Positions 33,892 through 43,930 are shown, counted from the stretch's first letter. The stretch is 64,000 nt of DNA from Candidatus Coprovivens sp. (GCA_051892935.1 JBJFGS010000038.1:44477-108476); one strand, 5' to 3'. Notes: generated by a model not told the origin, from the letters alone. Made by a program: numbers and translations.

Positions 33892-33920
33892 ATTATATAA
33901 CTAATAATATTATATGTCAA
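33892..33920 (-). promoter_or_regulatory. Consensus sigma-A promoter of the ncRNA
   Basis: TTGACA (33915-33920), 17-nt spacer, TATAAT (33892-33897). Confidence 0.85.
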
Positions 33921-33927
33921 TTACTTT

Positions 33928-34239
33928 TTAAAGTTTTTCTATTTCTTCCTCTCTTATTCTTTTCAATCTTTCTTTTACTAATAATATCAATTCAGTACTT
34001 GCATTAACTTTAGGTAAAACTATCAAACTATCTTGTAATTTAGTTTTCAATTCTCTATCACACATAACCCTATTAGCTTCCTCTTTATAATTAAAGTTTT
34101 TTATCGAATTTTGTTTTACAAAACTTCTTATATATTCTTCTATATCCTTTAAAACATACTCTTTTAAATCGTATTCATCCATTTCACTTATTCCATAATA
34201 AGCTCCTACTAAATACCTAAAAGTATCATCTAAAACCAT
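33928..34239 (-). CDS. Hypothetical protein
   Basis: 103-aa ORF with RBS GATGTG; no family recognised. Confidence 0.7.
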   Translation of the reverse strand: MVLDDTFRYLVGAYYGISEMDEYDLKEYVLKDIEEYIRSFVKQNSIKNFNYKEEANRVMCDRELKTKLQDSLIVLPKVNASTELILLVKERLKRIREEEIEKL

Positions 34240-34324
34240 TTAAATCACATCCAATATTATGATTATAACACATTAATATTTTTTTAATAAATATCTCTCC
34301 AAAAAACATGATATACTATTACTG

Positions 34325-35332
34325 GTGATAATAATGATAATAAGAATAATAGTTTTAATAATTCTTGTTGGTATAAACGGAATACTATCCGCTAGCGAAA
34401 TAGCTTATATATCTTTAGACAAATATAGTATTTCTAGAAAAAAAGATAAAAAATCAAAAAAAATTACAAACATGTTAGAAAATGAAAATAAGTTTTTATC
34501 AACCATTCAAATAGGTATTACATTTGCTGGATTTCTCGCTTCAGCATTTGCGGCAGATTCATTTACAGATTTATTAATAGATTATGGTTTCTTTTTAATA
34601 AATGATGCTTTTACAGAAAACTTCTTAATGATAATTATAACATTAATACTATCATATTTTACGTTAATTTTCGGTGAACTCGTACCTAAAAAAATTGGTT
34701 TAGCTTATCCATATAAACTAGCAACGATAACTATAGATTTTATTAGTGCTATTTCCATAATTGCAAATCCACTAATAATACTGCTAACAAAATCAACAGA
34801 AATAATATGCAAATTATTAAAAATAAAAGAAAGAGATGATTCTCTAACAGAAAATGATATAAAAAAAATGATTATTACAGGAAGTCGTGAAGGTATTCTT
34901 GAAGAAAAAGAGAAAGAATATATTCTAAATATATTTAAGTTTAACGATAAAACAGCCAACAAAATAATGACACCAAAAAATCAAGTAGTAACTTTAGATA
35001 CAAATGATACAATGCAAGAACTAATAAGAAAAATAAAATCTTCAAATTATACAAGATTTCCAGTCTTAAATAACAATAAAGTAATTGGTTTTATAAACAT
35101 CAAAGATTTCATTTATTTACATCAAACTCAAAAAAAAGTTTCGTTAAATGAATTAATAAGACCAGTACTAAAATTCAATAAAAATGAAAAAATTGATGAT
35201 ATATTTCGAATCATGCAAGAAAAACACGAAACTTTTTCAATTATATTAGATAAGAATGAATTTATAGGAATCCTTACAATGGAAGATGCAATTGAAGAAA
35301 TTGTAGGTAATATTGAAGATGAATACAATTAA
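34325..35332 (+). CDS. CNNM/DUF21-CBS hemolysin-family protein (no C-terminal CorC domain)
   Basis: SASEIA, FLSTIQIGIT, FGELVPK, tandem CBS domains, T.ED..EEIVG.I.DE. Confidence 0.9.
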   Translation: MIIMIIRIIVLIILVGINGILSASEIAYISLDKYSISRKKDKKSKKITNMLENENKFLSTIQIGITFAGFLASAFAADSFTDLLIDYGFFLINDAFTENFLMIIITLILSYFTLIFGELVPKKIGLAYPYKLATITIDFISAISIIANPLIILLTKSTEIICKLLKIKERDDSLTENDIKKMIITGSREGILEEKEKEYILNIFKFNDKTANKIMTPKNQVVTLDTNDTMQELIRKIKSSNYTRFPVLNNNKVIGFINIKDFIYLHQTQKKVSLNELIRPVLKFNKNEKIDDIFRIMQEKHETFSIILDKNEFIGILTMEDAIEEIVGNIEDEYN

Positions 35333-35356
35333 AAAGACTTTATCCAAAGTCTTTTT
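35331..35356. terminator. Bidirectional terminator
   Basis: AAAAAGACTTT-ATCC-AAAGTCTTTTT between convergent genes. Confidence 0.75.
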
Positions 35357-36440
35357 AACTTATAACAATATCATCATTTTTATTAGCTATATGAAATTCG
35401 ACATTATACTTTACAAAATCATTAAGTAATTTCTTAGTACTATCATCTAATCCATCAAGATTTTTTAACAAAGATAAAAACACTTTAATTCTAGTTATAT
35501 CCAACAAACTATTTACTCCCGCTTTTCTAAAGCATTTAAAAACATCTTTTACTAGTTTTTCTCTCTCAACATCATCATGTTGTTCTAACCACATAACAAT
35601 ACTTTTATCTAAATTCTTAGATATTCTACTTAATGGTTCATCTACAAAACTGCTATCATTAATAGCCCATGTAAATACAGAATGAGCTAAAATATCTTTT
35701 CTAATACTCTTTATCGATCTAATATTATCAGGATGTCTTAACAATAAACCAAATAAAGAATAATTAGGAACAATATAATGTAATTTATTCTTAATACTAT
35801 TAAATCCTCTAGATTTTATTTCATTATATCTAAATCCTGGACCATCAAGATTATAAACACCTTTTATTTTTAATTTAACATACCATCGAGAAAAAGCAGC
35901 TGCAGTCATTGCTAAATGACCACCTTTTGAATGACCTACTACAATAACACTCTTATCAAATAAACTTACATTTTCATTAATATAAGATATTGCATCTTTA
36001 TCAGCAGGTACAGGAAATTTATAAATCATTGCAAAATCTTCTTCCCAACCAACTAGATTATTATCTGTTCCTTCAAATGCTATAACTTTTTCACCTGTTG
36101 GTAGTTTAAAAGTTAAAGCAGAAAATTGTTTATCAAAAGTAACATCATAAACATAATTAGAAAGAGAAATATTACGGTATCTTATTTTATCTTTTATAAT
36201 TCGTACTAATTTAATAACATCCTTTTGAACAAGACCATTTTTAATAAATTTTTTTAAATCATTTTTAGCCAAAAATAGTTCTAATGCACTTCCAAGAGGT
36301 AATACAATATTCCCATCCTTAAAAACCAAAGTCAAATCAACATAAGCAATAGCAGATAAAACAGCAGCATCAACTTCATTAAATTTCTCTTCAAAAAAAG
36401 TTAAATCACCATTTTTCTTTACATAATCAATTAATGTCAT
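35355..36440 (-). CDS. DUF2974 (Mbeg1-like) alpha/beta hydrolase
   Basis: FNEVD, QFSA, AF.GTD..LVGW.EDF, GHSKGG, DGPGF. Confidence 0.88.
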   Translation of the reverse strand: MTLIDYVKKNGDLTFFEEKFNEVDAAVLSAIAYVDLTLVFKDGNIVLPLGSALELFLAKNDLKKFIKNGLVQKDVIKLVRIIKDKIRYRNISLSNYVYDVTFDKQFSALTFKLPTGEKVIAFEGTDNNLVGWEEDFAMIYKFPVPADKDAISYINENVSLFDKSVIVVGHSKGGHLAMTAAAFSRWYVKLKIKGVYNLDGPGFRYNEIKSRGFNSIKNKLHYIVPNYSLFGLLLRHPDNIRSIKSIRKDILAHSVFTWAINDSSFVDEPLSRISKNLDKSIVMWLEQHDDVEREKLVKDVFKCFRKAGVNSLLDITRIKVFLSLLKNLDGLDDSTKKLLNDFVKYNVEFHIANKNDDIVIS

Positions 36441-36504
36441 ATAATCACCACTATTTAATTATATCAAACAAAAAAGATTAGTTCACTAATCTTTTAATTT
36501 TATC

Positions 36505-37062
36505 TTAATAAACAAAATTTATTAAATAATATCTAACAATAAATTCATCTCTATATACAGAATACTTTACATGATAAAGATTTTCGATTTCACCATTATC
36601 AACTTCTTTTTTATAATCACTCATTATTTTTAAAGCTTCTTCTGGTGCAACCCATAAAACTTTACCAAATTCATCTAATTCTTGATTACAATAATCTATT
36701 TTACCTTTTTCTAAGACTCTACCTACAAAAACATAAGTCTTCTGTATAATATCATCTTGTCCCATATGTTCCTCAATTACACCTAATTCTCTAATAACTT
36801 CAACATCACAGCCAAATTTCCTTTTTATTTCTCTTAAAAAAGCAATTTCTGGTTTATCTCCTTCTGCAATTGCCCCACCAGGCAAACTATAATCATTCTC
36901 AACCCTCTTATTAAATAAGGCAACTGAACCACTCTTATCAATTATAATACCTTTTACTATTTTTCTTAACTTAGTATCTTTACTTTCTAATACATCAATT
37001 CCAAAATCAGAATCTCTAAATACCTTAATAACATCATTCTCCAAGACAATCAACTCCTTCAA
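36505..37062 (-). CDS. Nudix-fold protein with degenerate Nudix box
   Basis: LPGG...GD.PE.A..REIKRKFG (EE replaced by RK). Confidence 0.75.
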   Translation of the reverse strand: MKELIVLENDVIKVFRDSDFGIDVLESKDTKLRKIVKGIIIDKSGSVALFNKRVENDYSLPGGAIAEGDKPEIAFLREIKRKFGCDVEVIRELGVIEEHMGQDDIIQKTYVFVGRVLEKGKIDYCNQELDEFGKVLWVAPEEALKIMSDYKKEVDNGEIENLYHVKYSVYRDEFIVRYYLINFVY

Positions 37063-37181
37063 TGTTTATATATTAAATTTCAAATTACTATAAGTCAAAG
37101 ACTAATTTTTGATACCATACATAAATACCTTTTATAACATATATAATATCATATAAAAGAAAAAACCACAAAAAACAAGAC

Positions 37182-37655
37182 TTAATTTAAGTCTTGTACT
37201 TCATCTAAGTTATATCCTAACTTTTCTAACTCTAAAATTGCTATATTTGACAACATACTTTTATTTAATTTAGAAATCTCATAAAAATCTGCTCCTAATG
37301 AATCATCATTAACTTCATCAACATTAACATCATTCTTAATTTCATTTTTATAATCAAATACCTTATAAAAAATTCCTGTATGATGAACTTTAACTAAAAC
37401 ATCTTCTTTAAACTGCCACTCAAAAGATACAGAATCAGCATCAAACAAATCATAAGAAATAACATCTATTCCAACTTCTTCTTTAAGCTCCCTAACTAAA
37501 GCTTCATTAGGCCTTTCACAAAATTCTATTGTTCCACCAGGTAAATCAAGTTTACCATCATATGGACCACCGAACTTTTTAATTAATAAGATTTTATCGT
37601 TATCTAAAACCAAACCATAAGCTCCCAATTGTTTATATTCTTTCATAATAAACAC
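37182..37655 (-). CDS. Nudix hydrolase
   Basis: LPGG.IE..E....A..RELKEEVG intact Nudix box. Confidence 0.9.
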   Translation of the reverse strand: MFIMKEYKQLGAYGLVLDNDKILLIKKFGGPYDGKLDLPGGTIEFCERPNEALVRELKEEVGIDVISYDLFDADSVSFEWQFKEDVLVKVHHTGIFYKVFDYKNEIKNDVNVDEVNDDSLGADFYEISKLNKSMLSNIAILELEKLGYNLDEVQDLN

Positions 37656-37698
37656 TCTCTTTCTAACTTATTGTAACATAAAATATCATTAATTATCT

Positions 37699-38661
37699 TT
37701 ATTTTGTTAATTCTTTCATTCTAACATCAAGATTTTTATACATCCAATCAAATCTTCCATATTGTTTCAACTTACAATCAACAATCATTTTTAAAATAAC
37801 ATACATTCTATATATTTCAATTCTAATTTTTTCATCATAAGAAAGTGTTTTACCATAACCATCCAAAAAATATTCACTAGTAATACCATCTATTGTATGA
37901 AAATAAAATGTTAATATCTCATCGCAAAAATATACATCAGCAAAATCAACAATACCTGTTACTTTACCATTTTTTACTAAAACATTACCATCCCATATAT
38001 CTGTATGTGTCAAAGAAACACCCTCTATATTATTTAAAGATTCTTTCTTAGAATGAATAATACCAAGTATAGTTGAATAAACTTCATCACTTAAGTCTAC
38101 TCCATATGTTATAGCATCATTTAGTAATAGTTGAAACATATTTAAAACAAATTCATAATTATCTTTAAATTTCTTATTTGGCTGACTTGGAAAGAAAAAA
38201 TTATCTCCTTTTATATTAGTAATTTTTTTACTTAAAACACCTAATTCATGCTCAATATTAGAAATTTCCTCTTTACTTAATACCCCTTTTTCTTTTTCTT
38301 CCAAATAATTTCTTCCATCAACATATGACATAAAGATATATGAAGAATCACATATTAAATGAGTATCATCATAAGCTAATAATCTTGGTGCAGGGAAATT
38401 CATTTTCTCCATTTTTTCTAACATTTTTGCTTCCCACCAAAATATTCCCCTATCAGCTGAAATCATTTTCGTTTCATCTACTGGCGAAATCTTTAAAACG
38501 ATTTTTTCATCACCATTTTCCAATAAATAAACTGCATTTTTTAATCCACCACTTAGCTTTTTTATCATTAAATTAGTTGAATCTTTTTTAAAATGAAATT
38601 CATACATTTCTTTTATCTTAGATAGACTTTGATAATTCTTTGAAGAACCTTCTTTACTCAT
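37699..38661 (-). CDS. APH/choline-kinase family phosphotransferase
   Basis: L.GG..NAVY, VLK, HTDIWDGNVL, GIVDF. Confidence 0.88.
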   Translation of the reverse strand: MSKEGSSKNYQSLSKIKEMYEFHFKKDSTNLMIKKLSGGLKNAVYLLENGDEKIVLKISPVDETKMISADRGIFWWEAKMLEKMEKMNFPAPRLLAYDDTHLICDSSYIFMSYVDGRNYLEEKEKGVLSKEEISNIEHELGVLSKKITNIKGDNFFFPSQPNKKFKDNYEFVLNMFQLLLNDAITYGVDLSDEVYSTILGIIHSKKESLNNIEGVSLTHTDIWDGNVLVKNGKVTGIVDFADVYFCDEILTFYFHTIDGITSEYFLDGYGKTLSYDEKIRIEIYRMYVILKMIVDCKLKQYGRFDWMYKNLDVRMKELTK

Positions 38662-40591
38662 TACTACTACCTCTATATTCTTTTACATATTTCTTACATA
38701 TATCTTCAGTAAATTCATGTTCATCATCATCTACTGTTAAATGAAATATATTATCATATGCATAATCTCTTATTTTAGTCTTAAATGTTTTTCTAATTAA
38801 AGTCTTTAATTTAGCAATTTCTTCAAACATAAATCCCTTAGTTTTATTAAAATATATATAATTAGATACCCTTACTATCATATTTAATATCATTATAGTA
38901 TTAGAATCATATTTATCTATCAAAGAACCTGCCTTAAGAACTGGAATACCCTCAAACTCATGATTATATAAATATATTTCATTTATAAAACTTCTATATT
39001 GTTCTCCTAAATCAACAGAATACACATCTGTTACTTTGGCATATTCCTTAATAACCGACAACGCCTCTTCCATCAATTCTTGATTCAAAGAATTCCACAA
39101 TATTCCAACACATGGAATATCAATAGAAGGCATTGCACCTTTATCAAGGACATTAGCATCTAAAAGCTCATTAATAATTTCCAATACCTCACTTAATTTT
39201 CTAAACTTCCCAACATCTTTTGCATGTAATAACAAATTAATAATATCATTAACTACAGATTGTATTTCTTCCTTATACTCATCTTGTTCTAATACCCCAT
39301 TTTTATAATCTCTCATAAAATTTCTAAGTATATGAACCAAACTATTATAAAGAATTCTTTCAGCAGCATCTCTATATTCTTCTCCTCTAGATAAAACCTC
39401 ATTATAAGCTTGATACCCCCAATCCTTAAGTGTAAATAATCTTTCTGATATTTTATCACTAGTTAATGAAGAAGATTTTCTCTTAACATAATGATAAAAA
39501 GGTTGAGGAACTAAAGCAAATTTTTTACCAGCCATACAAAGCCTATATATATAGTCTGCATCTTCTTTAAAACATCCTTTATCAAATTGCATATCTAAAA
39601 TAGATGATTTACGATATATTTTATCCCATGCTGGAATAAGTATAGTTGCATCAGAATAAGCGTTTATCAAATCAAGTTGTCCAGAAACAATTGTAACTCC
39701 TTTTTGTTCACAAGTAACATCCTTTACAGAACCATTCTTCATATGAATAAAAAAGCTACATTCACAAACATCTGCATTAGATTTTTGTATATTTTTAAGC
39801 AATGTTTCAATCATCGAATTTTCAATATAATCATCAGAATCTATAAAACAAATATATTCTCCTGACGACTGCTCAATTCCAACATTTCTTGCTGCTGCTA
39901 AACCTTTATTATTTTGATTAATAACTCTTATTCTTTTATCTTGCCTAGCAATTAATTCACACATTCTTTTTGATTCATCTGTTGATCCATCATTAATTAT
40001 TAGTATTTCAATATTTTGATAAGTTTGATTTTTAATACTATTAATACATCTAGATAAATACTCTAATGTATTAAAAACAGGTATTACAACAGTCACTTTA
40101 TCTTTTCCAAAAATATTATAATCTATAAACTCTGTTAAATCTTTCTCCCAATCACTTGCTAAATCAATTGTAAAATGATAATTAGAAGAAAGATAAATAC
40201 CATCCATACTATTAGCACGATGTTTAATCATCAAACCAATATCATCATCAGTATTAGAAACAACATCTCCGGTAACTTTTAAAACCACATCAACATTATC
40301 AAACATATATGTATCTTCAAGTAACGAATAATCTATAACAACAGTTTCATCTTCAGCTATTTTAGATAATCTCTTTTTTAATTTAGCTTCTAATTCATTT
40401 TTAACTTCAATAAGTAACGTTGGATCTTTTTTCCAATCGCCACTATTAATTTTCTTCATATATTTATGTTTCTTTATAATTTCCTTAAACATACTATCTA
40501 CATCAATATAAGAAAAAGAATAATTATTTTCAAAAAATGTAGATAGTTTTTGTTTGCCAAGTTCACTATTACCAGTAATTCCAATCTTCAT
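38654..40591 (-). CDS. Fusion: CoaE-like kinase domain, GT2 glycosyltransferase, C-terminal NDP-kinase-like domain
   Basis: N-terminal IGITG....GK / IDVD; central VVIPVFN, INDGSTD, ARN.G, FIDSDD, ED; C-terminal GILWN ... IRK ... NIFHLT. Confidence 0.8.
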   Translation of the reverse strand: MKIGITGNSELGKQKLSTFFENNYSFSYIDVDSMFKEIIKKHKYMKKINSGDWKKDPTLLIEVKNELEAKLKKRLSKIAEDETVVIDYSLLEDTYMFDNVDVVLKVTGDVVSNTDDDIGLMIKHRANSMDGIYLSSNYHFTIDLASDWEKDLTEFIDYNIFGKDKVTVVIPVFNTLEYLSRCINSIKNQTYQNIEILIINDGSTDESKRMCELIARQDKRIRVINQNNKGLAAARNVGIEQSSGEYICFIDSDDYIENSMIETLLKNIQKSNADVCECSFFIHMKNGSVKDVTCEQKGVTIVSGQLDLINAYSDATILIPAWDKIYRKSSILDMQFDKGCFKEDADYIYRLCMAGKKFALVPQPFYHYVKRKSSSLTSDKISERLFTLKDWGYQAYNEVLSRGEEYRDAAERILYNSLVHILRNFMRDYKNGVLEQDEYKEEIQSVVNDIINLLLHAKDVGKFRKLSEVLEIINELLDANVLDKGAMPSIDIPCVGILWNSLNQELMEEALSVIKEYAKVTDVYSVDLGEQYRSFINEIYLYNHEFEGIPVLKAGSLIDKYDSNTIMILNMIVRVSNYIYFNKTKGFMFEEIAKLKTLIRKTFKTKIRDYAYDNIFHLTVDDDEHEFTEDICKKYVKEYRGSSNE

Positions 40592-40624
40592 AAACATTTC
40601 CCCCAAAGATTAATTAATATTTTT

Positions 40625-41527
40625 TTAAAAATCATTACTTTTACTTGTTGTCATAAATTCAATAAATTTCTTTAAAGCAGTTGTTAAAAAATCATCTACA
40701 TAAACAGCACAAACATCAACAACTGGAAGAGAATCATCAAATGTTACCATTTCAAATTCATCTTTATCTAATTGCATTTCAATAACATTTTTTACAAAAT
40801 AACCAACACCAACACCACGTCTAACCATCTCAATCATCATTTCAGTTGTCCAGCTTTCAAATACAGGATATAACTGAATATTCATAGATTCCATAAATTC
40901 ATTTAACTTACCTCGTATTGAAGAAGTAGCACTTGGTAATACTAGTGGAAATTGTTTTAAATCATCAAATTTATCAAGTTTAATATCTGAAAAATACTTT
41001 TTACTATAAGCAAAGCAATTATGTAATTTAGACAAAGTAATTTTCTTAACATTTTTTTTCGTAGTTATAATAGGTAAAGTACCAATTATCAAATCAATTT
41101 TTCTTGTTTCCAACATCTCTACCATATCAGTAGTAGGCTTACATATTATTTCAAATCTTATACCAGGATACAACTTCCTAAAATCAGCAATAAAAGAAGC
41201 CAAATAAAAGACTCCAATTTGTGATGGTGTTCCAATTTTAATACACCCTATATTAAGACTATTTAAATTTCTAATATGTTCTTCTCCAGATTTCATAATA
41301 TTAAATGCTGTCGAAACATAAGAATATAACTCTTTAGCTTCCATTGTTGGTTCTATACCTTTAGAATTTCTATAAAATAAAGTATACCCCAACTGATTTT
41401 CTAATTCCTTCAAACTATAACTAATTGCTGGTTGTGACACATAAAGTAAACTAGCAGTTTTAGAAATACTTTTTTGTTCATATAAGTATAAAAATATTTT
41501 GTATAAATTATAATCTGTATTATCCAC
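40625..41527 (-). CDS. LysR family transcriptional regulator
   Basis: SISK.A..L.VSQPAIS...K.LE..LG..LF.R. Confidence 0.93.
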   Translation of the reverse strand: MDNTDYNLYKIFLYLYEQKSISKTASLLYVSQPAISYSLKELENQLGYTLFYRNSKGIEPTMEAKELYSYVSTAFNIMKSGEEHIRNLNSLNIGCIKIGTPSQIGVFYLASFIADFRKLYPGIRFEIICKPTTDMVEMLETRKIDLIIGTLPIITTKKNVKKITLSKLHNCFAYSKKYFSDIKLDKFDDLKQFPLVLPSATSSIRGKLNEFMESMNIQLYPVFESWTTEMMIEMVRRGVGVGYFVKNVIEMQLDKDEFEMVTFDDSLPVVDVCAVYVDDFLTTALKKFIEFMTTSKSNDF

Positions 41528-41638
41528 GAATATCCCCCCATGCCGTGTATTATATTGTTTTTTTATTAATAAGTCAAATAATATAAGAGTATTTTATAAC
41601 ACTTTTATCAAAAAAACCAACAATCAGTTGGTTTTAAC

Positions 41639-42778
41639 TTAAAACAAGTTTTTCTTTCTCTTTTCTAAGGTTGCATCCATATCTTCTTTAGCTTGTAACA
41701 CATTAGGATTATCACTAACTAAAGATGCATTTTCTAACATAATATTAAATCTTTCAATCATAATTTTTTCTAAACTATGATCCGAATCACTTCTATAATC
41801 ATAATCATCTTCATAGTCTTCTAAATTAATAGAATTATCTCTATGAACTCTCCAAGCTTCATTTAAGCAATAACTAATATTATAATTTCTTATTTTATTA
41901 ACAGCTACTTCCCAATACTTTATCTTACCACTTTGAATATCTTTCATACATCTATCCAATATTATTTCAATAAATTCTTCAAACTGCTTATATTCCTCTT
42001 CAGATAAAGATAAATCATCTATTTGCATTCCGTTTTGTTTAAAGAATTCAATGTAATCATTTGGAAATGTTCTAAGAATCCATTTCTCAAATCTTTGAAA
42101 ATCAGGTACCATTTTTCTTATTGCTTTAAATATTCTTAATCTCATCATATTAGCTAACATATAAGATTGCTCTTTTTCTTCTTGAGTTGAATTTTTACCA
42201 TACTGGCTCAGTTGAGAAGAATATGAAGGAATAAAAGCGTTCTTTACTAATCTATCTATCTCATCCAAAGAATTAACATCAACATTTTTTTCATCATAAC
42301 CTAGTAAATCTATAATAGTAAAGCCTTCATTAACATCATAAAAGAAATTTTTATACTTTAACTCCAATCCCATATTATGCATCATCATTAAATCACTAAC
42401 CCAGTTTTCATAATGAATATCCGGTGCTTCTAATAATTCTTTTTGTCTAGCTAAATGCCTAATAGGTTCTAATTTACCAATATCTGCATAATAAGAAAAG
42501 CATTTTCCAGGAGCTCTCTGTTGCAAAACATAACAAATATTATCATTACCTTCAACTACTCTTTTTATAGCTAGATGCTTTGGTGTTCTTACTCCTTTTT
42601 CGTTTAATCTATTTGCTGCTTCTGCTGTTTGTTCCTCGTTAGGTCTAGCAATACCATATTTAACAGGAATACTATATTTAACTAGTACAACATCTTCAAA
42701 ATGATAAGCAGCACTCCCACCATCACTAGTATTATTCATATTTCTAGATTGCTCAATATAATAATCAATGTTTTCCAT
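41639..42778 (-). CDS. Hypothetical protein with protein-kinase-like fold motifs
   Basis: GG.AAY, VLVK, H..GLE...KNFFYD...GF.IIDL. Confidence 0.6.
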   Translation of the reverse strand: MENIDYYIEQSRNMNNTSDGGSAAYHFEDVVLVKYSIPVKYGIARPNEEQTAEAANRLNEKGVRTPKHLAIKRVVEGNDNICYVLQQRAPGKCFSYYADIGKLEPIRHLARQKELLEAPDIHYENWVSDLMMMHNMGLELKYKNFFYDVNEGFTIIDLLGYDEKNVDVNSLDEIDRLVKNAFIPSYSSQLSQYGKNSTQEEKEQSYMLANMMRLRIFKAIRKMVPDFQRFEKWILRTFPNDYIEFFKQNGMQIDDLSLSEEEYKQFEEFIEIILDRCMKDIQSGKIKYWEVAVNKIRNYNISYCLNEAWRVHRDNSINLEDYEDDYDYRSDSDHSLEKIMIERFNIMLENASLVSDNPNVLQAKEDMDATLEKRKKNLF

Positions 42779-43157
42779 CACTTGCACCTTCCTTATTATT
42801 TCTAATTATCCATTCCATTATCAAATAAACAATATAATTAATCTCATTTTCAGTTAGTTCCCTACCCTTAGGAATCTTATGCCACTTTTCTAAACATCCT
42901 CTACAACACGTGGCAGTTGCATGCTGTGCAATAAATACTGGATGATTCTTCATTGGTGTTTGTGATCCATCATTAATAGGAAAAGCAGGAGCTAACTTAA
43001 TTCTTATAAAATCATAAGCATGATCCTTAATCTTTTCCATACCATTTTTACTAATATAATCTTTTTCCTTTTTTCTTAAATAAAAACTACTTCTAAATTT
43101 ACTTTTACTTAAACTATCCAATTTAGCACATACAATTTTTTTAGCAGATTCATTCAT
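42765..43157 (-). CDS. DUF4186 family protein
   Basis: SKFRS.F, NDG.QTPM..HPVFIAQHATATCCRGCL.KWH. Confidence 0.9.
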   Translation of the reverse strand: MNESAKKIVCAKLDSLSKSKFRSSFYLRKKEKDYISKNGMEKIKDHAYDFIRIKLAPAFPINDGSQTPMKNHPVFIAQHATATCCRGCLEKWHKIPKGRELTENEINYIVYLIMEWIIRNNKEGASDGKH

Positions 43158-43563
43158 CTTTAACCCCTAAATCTTCAGAAAATCTAAGTAAATAACCATC
43201 TGGATCTTGTACTAAGAATTCTTTATTCCCTAAATATTTATCATTCTGACGGTACCAATTTTCTTCTAACTCAATCATTATCTTATATCCATTATCAACT
43301 AACGAGTTATAAATATTATCTACATTATCTACTTCAAGTTGAAAATTAATTCCTCTACCAAACGGATATTCTAACTTACCAGTCTCCCATTTATTAATAT
43401 CTTTTAATTCACAAAACATAAATTGTATTTCTCCTAAAGACATAAATACAAATTTACTTTCATTTCTTTCATACTCAATCTTAAAACCACAAGTTTCATA
43501 AAATTTAATTGTCTTATCTAAATTAGTAACATCCAATTCGGGTATCGTCTTATTAAAATACAT
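43150..43563 (-). CDS. VOC (glyoxalase/bleomycin resistance) family protein
   Basis: PEL.V, YPFGRGINFQ, EFLVQDPDGYLLRF. Confidence 0.9.
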   Translation of the reverse strand: MYFNKTIPELDVTNLDKTIKFYETCGFKIEYERNESKFVFMSLGEIQFMFCELKDINKWETGKLEYPFGRGINFQLEVDNVDNIYNSLVDNGYKIMIELEENWYRQNDKYLGNKEFLVQDPDGYLLRFSEDLGVKDE

Positions 43564-43564
43564 C

Positions 43565-43930
43565 TTATAATTCCTTTTTCCACAACCCATGTAAATTACA
43601 ATAAGAATATATTACCATTCCCTCTTCATAATCAAAAACAGCTTCTGGTACTTCACCGGGTTTAAAATTATACTTAAGTACTGAATCATCATAAACAGCT
43701 TCAACCCATTCGATATAATGCTCATCAGTCATAGGATGATCAACCTCTCCTATTTTTACATATACTACATCATCTTCTATATCAGTAAAAGGAACATGCT
43801 TTTCTAAAGAAGCATCAACAGTATTAGGAACAAGTTCAATCATATCTTGACCACAACAAGTAATAATACCTTTATTATCTCTTACAACTTCAACTATATT
43901 TCCACATTTTTCACATTTTAAATATTTCAT
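43565..43930 (-). CDS. Desulfoferrodoxin (class I superoxide reductase)
   Basis: C..CGN, CCG, EKHVP, HPM..EH.IEW, CNLHGLW. Confidence 0.93.
   Translation of the reverse strand: MKYLKCEKCGNIVEVVRDNKGIITCCGQDMIELVPNTVDASLEKHVPFTDIEDDVVYVKIGEVDHPMTDEHYIEWVEAVYDDSVLKYNFKPGEVPEAVFDYEEGMVIYSYCNLHGLWKKEL

Noticed and set aside
37699-38661. Aminoglycoside resistance gene
   Set aside because: Only the generic APH/choline-kinase fold motifs; operon context suggests a metabolic role
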